A stretch of 64,000 nt of DNA from Verrucomicrobiaceae bacterium (GTDB lineage Bacteria; Verrucomicrobiota; Verrucomicrobiia; Verrucomicrobiales; Akkermansiaceae): positions 96,001 through 160,000 of the forward strand of contig JBPOGH010000005.1 of the NCBI GenBank assembly GCA_051252135.1, written 5' to 3'. Shown piece after piece: positions 48,705 through 57,542 of this stretch. Every line of letters begins with the position of its first letter. Within the stretch, counting starts at the first letter, position 1. The notes beneath the pieces were generated by a model. It saw only the letters and a list, made by a program, of their open reading frames with translations. It searched no databases and was not told the DNA's origin. The translations under genes were made by a program, and so were the position numbers.

Positions 48705-49481
48705 TTACTTGGCTTCTGCTTCTAATGGCACGACCTTGTCTCCGGGAGAAACAGTCTCACCTTCCTTAACGCTGCTCGGAATAATGTTCGCCGCTGCCGT
48801 ATTCGCCTCGACTCCGGTCACGATCAGCTGGGCAATCTCCTCACCGTTGCGCACAACGGAGAGTTTCGATTTTTTCACCACGCCGATGTTGTCTCCACCG
48901 GCGAGAGTTACAAATCCCCACTGACGGAACACGGTCCGCACACTGGTGCTCGAAAAGTAAGAAGTTCCCTTCGTGCGCTGCGCCAGCTTTTCTGCCAGAT
49001 CCTGCGCTTGGGCCGCCGTTGCGGACTTGGTCCCTTCGAGACGATCCACCACCGCCGAGTTTGCGGAAATTTCATCATCCAGATCGGCAACCGCATTGCG
49101 AAGACTCTTCATCTCCGGAATCAGCTCATCGACAGGCCCCAGAGCCTTAAGTTTGTCGTCAGCTTCGTCGGCCGTGCTCTTCGCGCTGTCAGCCTCGCTT
49201 TTCTTCGACGCAATCTCGCTTTCAAGCGCCGAATTCGTTTCGATCTGCTTTTCAAGCAAGCTTTCGTTTTCGGTGCGGGTCGCATCGTATGCCGCTTTCT
49301 CCTCCTCGAGGGAGTCGATATCGGCAAGCAAACCCTGATGAGTCCCGGTTTGCTTTTCTAAATTACGTTCCTCTGTCCCGATCTGAGCGATCACGTTTTC
49401 GAGGTTGCCCTTATTTTTGTGGGCTACAAATGCCCCAAACAAGAGGGCGACGGCTGCAAGAATTCCAAAGGTATTTGCCAT
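48705..49481 (-). CDS. Membrane-anchored coiled-coil protein with C-terminal beta domain (paralogue)
   Basis: N-terminal TM (MANTFGILAAVALLFGAFVA), coiled coil, QWGFVTL...VRNGEEIA...PGDKVV. Confidence 0.8.
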   Translation of the reverse strand: MANTFGILAAVALLFGAFVAHKNKGNLENVIAQIGTEERNLEKQTGTHQGLLADIDSLEEEKAAYDATRTENESLLEKQIETNSALESEIASKKSEADSAKSTADEADDKLKALGPVDELIPEMKSLRNAVADLDDEISANSAVVDRLEGTKSATAAQAQDLAEKLAQRTKGTSYFSSTSVRTVFRQWGFVTLAGGDNIGVVKKSKLSVVRNGEEIAQLIVTGVEANTAAANIIPSSVKEGETVSPGDKVVPLEAEAK

Positions 49482-49640
49482 AGTGATAGAGTCGTTCCGG
49501 TGTGGTTTCAAGTAAGCTACTGATTCGAATCGAGGTCCGGCAATCCTAAAGTTCACTGAAAAAGTGCTTGCAGCTCTTTTTCCGGCCCGATTCGGCCACT
49601 CATCGCTTGCATCCTGTTAGACTGCGGGCAGGTTGGAGCC

Positions 49641-51359
49641 GTGAAGAGCGTCCTTCGGGTTCTTGCCTATCTCCGCCGATATCCCAAGCTGGGATCGGCC
49701 CAGTTGCTTTGTGCCACGGTAATGGCCCTCTCGGTCGTCATCTTCCCTTGGGTCACCGGATACGTCGTCGATGAGATTATTCCCAACCCCGATCGGCATA
49801 AAGAGTTCTTCTTCTGGGTTCTTGTCGCCTTGGGCGGTTTTTTTGCCAAGGACGGCCTCAATTGCGCCCGCATCATCCTCAATAACCATTTTGAGCAAAA
49901 AGTGATCTTCGATATCCGCTCGGATCTCTACCAAAAGATCCAACGCCTCCCCCTCCGCTGGTTCGACACCCGCCGCACCGGTGACATCATGACCCGCGTT
50001 GTCGAGGACGTCACCGCCATGGAGCGCGTCCTCATCGATGGCATCGAACTCGGACTCGTCTCACTCTTCCAGATCGGCATCGTCGCCACCCTCATGTACC
50101 TCACCAATTGGGAGGTCGCGCTCTGGGCCACCATCCCCGTCCCGTTCCTGGGATTCGGCGCCTATCTCTACACCAAGGACGCCCGCTCCCGCTACCGCGA
50201 ACAACGCGAAGCCTCTTCGGACCTGAATGCCCTCCTCCACGATAACATCGCCGGCATTCGCCAAATCAAGGCCTACGCCGCCGAAGCAGAAGAACATCGC
50301 CACTTCAACTCACTCTCCATGCGCCTCCAAAAGGCCACCCTCAAGCTGATGCGCTACTGGGCCTTTTACTCTCCGGGCATGTCCTTCCTCGGCATGATTG
50401 GCTACGTCCTCGTTCTGGGATCGGGTGGCCTGGCGGTCATCAACGGAGAAATGGAACTCGGCCAACTCCTCAAGTTCTTCCTCATGCTGTCCCTCTTCTA
50501 CGAGCCCGTCAGCAAACTCCATCAACTCAACCAAATGGCCCTCTCCTCCAGAGCGGCCGCCGATCGCGTCTTCGAAATCCTCGACGCCGAAGACGAACCG
50601 GACGCCGCCAGCGGCAACCCACTCCCCCGACCCGTCAAAGGCGACGTCTCCTTTAAAAACGTCCACTTCGCCTACGATGAAGACCAGCCCACCCTCCACG
50701 GCGTCAATCTCGAAGCCCGCGCAGGCGAAACAATCGCCCTCGCCGGATCCACCGGCGCCGGCAAATCCACCATCGTCAACCTCCTCTGCCGTTTCTACGA
50801 GTATGATTCGGGCAGCGTCACCATCGATGGACACGAGCTCAACACGCTTTCAAAAAGCTCACTCCGCGACGCCTTCGGCTACGTCACCCAGGAAGCCTTT
50901 CTCTTCAACGGCACCGTTCGCGAAAACCTCTCCCTCGCCATGCGCGACGCCTCCGATGAGCAAATCTGGCAGGCCCTCGATGCCGCCAAGGCCGATTTCG
51001 TCCGTGATCTTCCCCAACAGCTCGACACCAATGTCGGCGAACGCGGCGTCAAACTCTCCGGCGGAGAAAAACAACGCCTCTCCATCGCCCGCGCCCTCCT
51101 CAAGGACCCGCCCATCCTCCTCCTCGATGAAGCCACCGCCTCCGTCGACAACCAGACCGAACTCCTCATTCAGCAAGCCCTCGACGCCCTGATGAAGAAT
51201 CGCACCAGCATCGTCATCGCCCACCGCCTCTCCACCATTCAAAATGCCGACCGCATCTACGTCCTCGAACAAGGGGAGGTCATCGAATCCGGCACTTACG
51301 ACGAGCTCCTCGCCAAGGACGGAAAATTCGCCCAATTGGCCAGCACCATCGAAGAATAA
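49641..51359 (+). CDS. ABC exporter, fused permease/ATPase (MsbA/MdlA-like)
   Basis: TM domain plus GSTGAGKS, LSGGEKQR, LDEATASVD, IAHRLST. Confidence 0.92.
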   Translation: MKSVLRVLAYLRRYPKLGSAQLLCATVMALSVVIFPWVTGYVVDEIIPNPDRHKEFFFWVLVALGGFFAKDGLNCARIILNNHFEQKVIFDIRSDLYQKIQRLPLRWFDTRRTGDIMTRVVEDVTAMERVLIDGIELGLVSLFQIGIVATLMYLTNWEVALWATIPVPFLGFGAYLYTKDARSRYREQREASSDLNALLHDNIAGIRQIKAYAAEAEEHRHFNSLSMRLQKATLKLMRYWAFYSPGMSFLGMIGYVLVLGSGGLAVINGEMELGQLLKFFLMLSLFYEPVSKLHQLNQMALSSRAAADRVFEILDAEDEPDAASGNPLPRPVKGDVSFKNVHFAYDEDQPTLHGVNLEARAGETIALAGSTGAGKSTIVNLLCRFYEYDSGSVTIDGHELNTLSKSSLRDAFGYVTQEAFLFNGTVRENLSLAMRDASDEQIWQALDAAKADFVRDLPQQLDTNVGERGVKLSGGEKQRLSIARALLKDPPILLLDEATASVDNQTELLIQQALDALMKNRTSIVIAHRLSTIQNADRIYVLEQGEVIESGTYDELLAKDGKFAQLASTIEE

Positions 51360-51532
51360 TCCAGCGTGACAAATCGTCACAGCCCCAAGAACGCCGTCCT
51401 TCCTAGGTTTGGCGATTTTTGCGAAAAAAATCGGAAAATTCCCGCTTCCACCACCGTTCTTCGATGAGCGACGGGCCCAAGAACCCGTCCTCCAAAATTT
51501 CCCCGGTAGCCGGGACTTTTTGGCTTTGTGCG

Positions 51533-51568
51533 AAGCGGTCCCGGATTGGTCTCCGGGACCGCTTTTTT
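51533..51568 (+). terminator. Strong intrinsic terminator upstream of serS
   Basis: AAGCGGTCCCGGA-ttggtc-TCCGGGACCGC followed by T6. Confidence 0.85.
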
Positions 51569-51641
51569 CGTGGATGAGCCTTTGCCATCCGGCCCGGAAT
51601 TGGGTAATCGCTGCTCAGGACATAACCGTCCGCATTCTTTC

Positions 51642-52907
51642 ATGCTCGATATCAAACTGATCCGCGAAACTCCCGACCTCATCAAAGAACGCCTCGCCAC
51701 CCGGCAGGATGGCTCTGCCGAGATGATCGACGAGGTCCTCGCTTGTGATGAAACACGTCGCAAGGCCGAGACCGAAAAACAACAATTCCAGTCGCAACGG
51801 AAGCAGACCTCCAAGGAGATCGGCAAACTCCGCGCCAATGGAGAGGATTCCTCTGCCATCGAAAGCGAGGTCAAACAGATCGGCGATAAAATCAAGGCCC
51901 TCGACGAGGTCGGTTCCACCGCTGGTGACCGCCAACAGGAACTCCTCCTCACCATCCCCAACGTTCCGCACGAGACCGCACCAATCGGCGCGGATGAAGA
52001 CGCGAACCCCGTCCTCCGCGCCTGGGGCACCAAACCAGCCCTCCTCAAACCCCGCGATCACGTGGAGCTCGCCGAAATGCACGGCCTTATCAGTTTCGAG
52101 GATGCCGCCCGCCTCTCCGGCTCCGGCTTCGCCGTTTACCGAGGAAAAGGTGCCCGCCTCCAGCGCGCCCTCATCCAGTTCCTTCTCGACCTTCAAACCC
52201 GTGACCACGGATACGAGGAAGTCAACGTCCCCCACATCGTGCAACGTCATTGTATGGAAGGCACCGGCCAGCTTCCCAAGTTCGAGGACGACATGTATGG
52301 CACCGACGGTGGCGACTTCTTCCTCGCCCCCACCGCCGAGGTCCCCGTCACCAACCTTTACCGTGACCACCTTCTTGCCGAGGCCGACCTTCCCATCAAA
52401 ATGACCGCCCATACCCCCTGCTTCCGTCGCGAGGCAGGAAGCGCGGGACGCGATAACCGCGGCATCATCCGCATGCACCAGTTTGATAAGGTCGAGCTCG
52501 TCCAGATCGCCCACCCCGACCACTCACTCGCCCTCCTCGAGGAGCTCACCGGCCATGCCGAAGCCGTCCTTCAAAAACTCGGCCTGCACTACCAGGTCAT
52601 CGAGCTCTGCACCGGAGACATTGGATTCAGCGCCACCAAAACCTACGACCTCGAAGTATGGTCGCCCGGTCAGGACAAATTCCTCGAAGTTTCCAGCTGC
52701 TCGAACTTTGGCGACTACCAGGCCCGCCGCATGAAACTCCGCTTCAAGGACAGCGAAGGAAGCAACCGCTTCTGCCACACCCTCAACGGTTCCGGCACCG
52801 CTCTCCCGCGCCTCCTCGTCGCCGTTCTCGAGCAGTATCAAACCCCCGAAGGCGAGATCAAAATCCCCGAAGCCCTCGTCCCCTACTACGGCTCCGAAAC
52901 GCTCTAG
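51642..52907 (+). CDS. serS: Seryl-tRNA synthetase
   Basis: MLDIKLIRE, TGQLPKF, PTAEVP, FRREAGSAGRD, RMHQFDKVE, EVSSCSN, HTLNGSG. Confidence 0.97.
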   Translation: MLDIKLIRETPDLIKERLATRQDGSAEMIDEVLACDETRRKAETEKQQFQSQRKQTSKEIGKLRANGEDSSAIESEVKQIGDKIKALDEVGSTAGDRQQELLLTIPNVPHETAPIGADEDANPVLRAWGTKPALLKPRDHVELAEMHGLISFEDAARLSGSGFAVYRGKGARLQRALIQFLLDLQTRDHGYEEVNVPHIVQRHCMEGTGQLPKFEDDMYGTDGGDFFLAPTAEVPVTNLYRDHLLAEADLPIKMTAHTPCFRREAGSAGRDNRGIIRMHQFDKVELVQIAHPDHSLALLEELTGHAEAVLQKLGLHYQVIELCTGDIGFSATKTYDLEVWSPGQDKFLEVSSCSNFGDYQARRMKLRFKDSEGSNRFCHTLNGSGTALPRLLVAVLEQYQTPEGEIKIPEALVPYYGSETL

Positions 52908-52928
52908 TCCAAAAAGACCAAGAGCGGC

Positions 52929-55900
52929 CTACACCGTCAACCAGGGATTGAGCTCGCGCTCCAAAGCCGGGTTCATCGTCACCCCCACGCCTTCGGGAAG
53001 CTCCATCGTCGCCCGATTTCCCGCGCCACTCTGGAAGTGAATCTGCACCGGCACCTTGCCGGGATACTCCTCGAGAATCCCCTTGATCCGTTGCAAGTCT
53101 TCCGACCCGTGACGCCCCGTCCAGAGCGTCAGCTCAAGGATTCCGCCGGTTTTCTTCCGCCGCGCCTTCAGCTCCTTGATCTGTGATCCCATGAGCCTCC
53201 GCTGCTCGGTCCGGTCATCGACCGTCACCTGCGCCTGAAAACGGATCACCTGCCCCGCCGCCATCAACCCGGCATCTCGCGCGGGCATATAACTCTCGCT
53301 CCAGCACACCATCTCGGAGGAACCGGTAAAGTCCTCAATCACCACCACCCCAAAGGGCTTCCCTGCCTTCGTCATCTTGTGCTCCACACTGCGAACCATT
53401 CCCGCAAACGGAAAGCGCGCCCGCTTGTCCCTCCCGATATCAATCTCATCCAATAGTCCCAATCGATTGAATCGATCGGAATCCACCACCCCCCGGAACT
53501 TGTCCAACGGATGCCCCGTGACATAGAATCCAAGCAACTCCTTCTCATGCTCAAGGCGCTCATCCTTGCTCCACTCCTCCACCTCCGGATGATCGGAATC
53601 TCCTCCCGCATCACCGCCACCCGCAAAGTCCATCGTGTCAAAAAGCGCTACCTGTCCCGCCGCCCGATCCCGCTGCGCACTACTCGCACTCGCCACCACT
53701 TGCTCCAGACGCGCCGTCATCCCCGCCCGCGTCTCTCCCGTCCAATCCATCGCACCCGCCTTCACCAGGTTCTCCAAAATCCGCTTGTTCACCACCTTGG
53801 AGTCCAGCCGATCACAAAAGTCGACCAACGAGTCAAAGGGCCCGTTCTTCTCCCGCTCCGCAATCGCCAGTGCCATCGCTCCCGCCCCCACATTCTTGAT
53901 CGCCGCCAAGCCATAGCGAATCCCCTTCGCCCCGCCGAGTATCTCCTCCGGTGCAAAGCGCAGCTTCGACTTGTTGATATCCGGCGGCAGCAACTCGATC
54001 TTCATCCGATGACACTCCGAAACAAACACCCCGATCTTATCGGTGTTGTTGATCTCGTTGGATAACAGCGCCGCCATAAACTCCACCGGATAGTTCGCCT
54101 TAAGATAGCCCGTCCAATAGGAAATGAAGCCGTAACAAGCCGAGTGCGATTTGTTAAATCCGTAGCCCGCAAAACCCGCAATTTTATCGAAAATCAGGTT
54201 CGCATTTCGCTCATCAATGTCATTCGTCTCAAACGCCCCCTTCACGAAAATCTGGCGCTGCTTGTCCATCTCCTCGGGCTTCTTCTTACCCATCGCACGA
54301 CGCAAAATATCCGCACCACCCAGCGTGTAACCCGCCAACATCTTGGCCGCATTCTGCACCTGCTCCTGGTAAATCATCACCCCGTAGGTATCACCGCAAA
54401 TCTCCTCCAAAAGCGGATGCTCATACTTCGGCTGCGACCGCCCCTCCTTCACCTCGATCATCTGGTCAATGTACTGCATCGCGCCCGGACGATAGAGCGC
54501 AAGCAGATCAATAATGTCCTCGATCCGGTTGATCCCGTACTTCCGGCACGTCTCCACCATCCCACCGGATTCCAGCTGAAACACCCCCATCGTATCACCC
54601 GCATTCAACATCTTGAAGGTCGGGGCATCCTCCATCGATATCTTATAAATATCAAAGTCCGGCTCAAAAGTGTGAATCTGATCCACCGCCTCCTGAATCA
54701 CCGTCATGTTCTTCAGACCCAAAAAGTCCATTTTCAGCAGGCCCACATCCGTGATCGCGCCCATGTCATACTGCGTCACCACTTCCCCCTCGTTGCCCCG
54801 CGTCAAAGGCACGTGCTCATCCAGATTCCGGTCCCCGATCACCACCCCCGCCGCATGCACCCCCACGTTCCGGGTCATCCCCTCCAGCTTCAGCGCGTAA
54901 TCCCAAAGCTCCTGGTAAGTCGATGACGACTCGATGATCTCCCGCAGCTCCGCCTTCTCCTTAAACTCCCCCGCCAACTTTACCCCCGGCTTCGCTTCAA
55001 TCATTTTCGCCAGCATGTCCGCCTCCCCATAACTCACCCCCATCACCCGGGCCACATCCCGAATCACCGACTTTGCCCCCATCGTGCCATACGTGATAAT
55101 GTGCGACACACAACGCTCACCATACTTCTTCCGCACGTAATCAATCACCTCCGGCCGACGCGTCTGGCAAAAGTCGATATCGACGTCGGGAGGACTCACC
55201 CGCTCCGGGTTCAGGAATCGCTCAAAAAGCAGCCCAAAGCGCATCGGACAAATATCCGTAATCCCCATCGTGTAAGCCACCAGCGACCCCGCCGCCGACC
55301 CACGACCCGGACCCACCGGAATCTTCTGATCCTTCGCCCAGTTAATAAAGTCCGCCGTGATCAGGAAGTAGGACGCAAACTTCAGCGAGGTGATCGTCTC
55401 GATCTCATAGTCCAACCGGTCATGCAGCACCTTGTCCGTCTTCGCCCGCTCCTCGCCATAACGCACCGCCAGCCCGTCATAGCAGACCTTTCGAAAATAC
55501 TCCTCGCGCGGTGACCCGTCCGGCGTCGGGAACTCGGGGTATTTTTCCGATGACGTCGGATCGAGCACAAACTCCACATTGCACCGCTCCGCAATCTCCA
55601 GCGTCGCATCGCACGACTCCGGATGACTTGCAAAAAGCCGCCGCATTTCCTCCGCCGTCTTAAAATAAACCTCCGGCGAATATCGCATCCGGTTCTCATC
55701 AATGATCAGACGCCCCGTCCCGATGCAGATCATCACATCGTGCGCCTCGTGGTCCTCCCGATTCAAAAAATGCACATCGTTCGCCGCCACCGTCTTCACC
55801 CCCATCCGCTCCGCAAATTCATACAGCACCTTCCGCACCTTCTCCTGTGGCTCCAACCCGTGATTGTGCACCTCAAAGTAAAAATTCTCCTTCCCAAAAA

Positions 55901-56402
55901 TCTCACAAATCTCCTCCGCCGCCTCGTAAGCCAAATCATTCTGATCCTTCAGAATCCACTCGTTCACCGGACCCGAAATACACCCCGACAAACAAATAAT
56001 CCCCTCCGCATGCTTCTTCAAAATCTCCCGATCCACCCGAGGCTTCCCGTAATACATCCCCTCCAGATGCCCCACCGAAACCAGCTTCTGCAAATTCACC
56101 CAACCCACATTGTTCTCCGCCAGCAACGTCATGTGCGTCGATCTCTTCCGCCCCGGAATCTCCTGCTTGTGCTCGATCGATTCCGGAGCCAGGTAAATTT
56201 CACAACCCAGAATCGGCTTCACCCCCGCCGCATGACAGTTCTTATAAAACTGGATCGTCCCATACAGATTCCCGTGATCCGTCATCGCCACCGCCGGCAT
56301 CCCCAGCTCCTTGGCCCGCTCCGCCACCGCCTTCGTCCGACACGCCCCGTCCAGGGTCGAAAATTCGGTGTGCAAATGAAGGTGAACAAAGGAGTCGGAC
56401 AT
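52929..56402 (-). CDS. dnaE: DNA polymerase III alpha subunit
   Basis: FVHLHLHTEFS PHP, GPGRGSAAGS, PPDVDIDF, GLLKMDFLG, YGFNKSH, OB-fold and C-terminal domain. Confidence 0.97.
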   Translation of the reverse strand: MSDSFVHLHLHTEFSTLDGACRTKAVAERAKELGMPAVAMTDHGNLYGTIQFYKNCHAAGVKPILGCEIYLAPESIEHKQEIPGRKRSTHMTLLAENNVGWVNLQKLVSVGHLEGMYYGKPRVDREILKKHAEGIICLSGCISGPVNEWILKDQNDLAYEAAEEICEIFGKENFYFEVHNHGLEPQEKVRKVLYEFAERMGVKTVAANDVHFLNREDHEAHDVMICIGTGRLIIDENRMRYSPEVYFKTAEEMRRLFASHPESCDATLEIAERCNVEFVLDPTSSEKYPEFPTPDGSPREEYFRKVCYDGLAVRYGEERAKTDKVLHDRLDYEIETITSLKFASYFLITADFINWAKDQKIPVGPGRGSAAGSLVAYTMGITDICPMRFGLLFERFLNPERVSPPDVDIDFCQTRRPEVIDYVRKKYGERCVSHIITYGTMGAKSVIRDVARVMGVSYGEADMLAKMIEAKPGVKLAGEFKEKAELREIIESSSTYQELWDYALKLEGMTRNVGVHAAGVVIGDRNLDEHVPLTRGNEGEVVTQYDMGAITDVGLLKMDFLGLKNMTVIQEAVDQIHTFEPDFDIYKISMEDAPTFKMLNAGDTMGVFQLESGGMVETCRKYGINRIEDIIDLLALYRPGAMQYIDQMIEVKEGRSQPKYEHPLLEEICGDTYGVMIYQEQVQNAAKMLAGYTLGGADILRRAMGKKKPEEMDKQRQIFVKGAFETNDIDERNANLIFDKIAGFAGYGFNKSHSACYGFISYWTGYLKANYPVEFMAALLSNEINNTDKIGVFVSECHRMKIELLPPDINKSKLRFAPEEILGGAKGIRYGLAAIKNVGAGAMALAIAEREKNGPFDSLVDFCDRLDSKVVNKRILENLVKAGAMDWTGETRAGMTARLEQVVASASSAQRDRAAGQVALFDTMDFAGGGDAGGDSDHPEVEEWSKDERLEHEKELLGFYVTGHPLDKFRGVVDSDRFNRLGLLDEIDIGRDKRARFPFAGMVRSVEHKMTKAGKPFGVVVIEDFTGSSEMVCWSESYMPARDAGLMAAGQVIRFQAQVTVDDRTEQRRLMGSQIKELKARRKKTGGILELTLWTGRHGSEDLQRIKGILEEYPGKVPVQIHFQSGAGNRATMELPEGVGVTMNPALERELNPWLTV

Positions 56403-56489
56403 CGCCCAACGATAGCCACCCTTCCCCGCAGGAGAAATCCCAAATCCCGGAACTTGTTGGCGACCTCAAACCTCTCTTAACCAACCTTT

Positions 56490-57527
56490 TTAAAGAAGTT
56501 CCGGCTGCTCCTCATCCGTCTCCAGCCGCACCCCCAGCCCCAAAAGCCGCACCGCCTTCCCCTCCCCCCGGTTCCACGCCAGCCTCAGCAGGTCCAAATA
56601 CACCTCCTCATCCATCTCCGATCCCGCCTTTTCCGCCGTCGTCCGTGTAAAATCATCAAACTTCAGCTTCACCACCCGCGATTTGATCTCCTGCTCCACT
56701 TTCTTCTCAACCGACCCCCTCACCTCCGCCAGCACCTCCCGCATCACATCCGCCAACCAATCAAAATCCGCAATGTTTTTGGAAAATGTCCGCTCTTTCG
56801 AAAGCGACTTCCGCGTCCGGTCCGTCGACACCGCCCGCTCATCAATCCCCCGACACCGGTCATAAAGCTCAATCCCCCATCGCCCCAACCGGTCCGCCAA
56901 GTCAAATTTCGAAAACTCCTGCAAATCCCCGCACGTCACAATCCCCATCTTCGTCAGCGTCTCCAGCCCCCGCTTCCCCACCCCGTGAATCTTCCCCACC
57001 CGCAGCCCCCTCATAAAAGAATCCACCTCCCCCGCCTTCACCTCCAGCTGCCCGTCCGGCTTGTTCCAGTCGCTCGCAATCTTCGCGATCATCTTGTTCG
57101 GCGCAATCCCCGCCGATGCCGTCAGCCCCGTCTCTTCAAAAATCCGACTCCGTATCTCCTGCGCCAAGGCCGCCCCCGACTCACTGCGATGCGACAAATC
57201 AAGATACGCCTCATCCAGCGATAGCGGCTCAATCAATTCCGTATAACGCGCAAAGATCGCCCGAATCTTCGCCGAGTCCGCCCGGTAAACATCGAACCTC
57301 ACCGGCGTCAGAATAATCTCCGGACACAGCTGCTTCGCCATAAAGACCGGCATCGCCGACCGACACCCAAACTTCCGCGCCTCATAATTCGCCGTCGTCA
57401 ACACCCCCCGCCCCGAACTCCCGCCCACTCCCACCGGCTTCCCCGCCAACGAAGGATCATCCCGCACTTCAATGGCCGCATAAAAGCAGTCCATATCAAT
57501 GTGCACCATCTTCCGCTCCCCTGACAT
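56490..57527 (-). CDS. dinB: DNA polymerase IV
   Basis: HIDMDCFYAA, NYEARKFG, LSLDEAYLD, AKIASDWNKP, C-terminal clamp-like QPELL. Confidence 0.94.
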   Translation of the reverse strand: MSGERKMVHIDMDCFYAAIEVRDDPSLAGKPVGVGGSSGRGVLTTANYEARKFGCRSAMPVFMAKQLCPEIILTPVRFDVYRADSAKIRAIFARYTELIEPLSLDEAYLDLSHRSESGAALAQEIRSRIFEETGLTASAGIAPNKMIAKIASDWNKPDGQLEVKAGEVDSFMRGLRVGKIHGVGKRGLETLTKMGIVTCGDLQEFSKFDLADRLGRWGIELYDRCRGIDERAVSTDRTRKSLSKERTFSKNIADFDWLADVMREVLAEVRGSVEKKVEQEIKSRVVKLKFDDFTRTTAEKAGSEMDEEVYLDLLRLAWNRGEGKAVRLLGLGVRLETDEEQPELL

Positions 57528-57542
57528 CAGGGAAAGGCTACC

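Noticed and set aside
51360..51641. Classical T-box riboswitch, SRP RNA or 6S RNA upstream of serS
   Set aside because: No AAGGTGGNACC-type T-box sequence, no SRP GGAAGGAAGCAG core, and the paired region is too short for 6S; retained only as an unclassified candidate.
52929..57527. dinB next to dnaE as an ImuABC/DnaE2 mutagenesis cassette
   Set aside because: DnaE has the full replicative architecture and DinB keeps its catalytic D/DE residues (not an inactive ImuB); no imuA and no LexA-type palindrome seen upstream.
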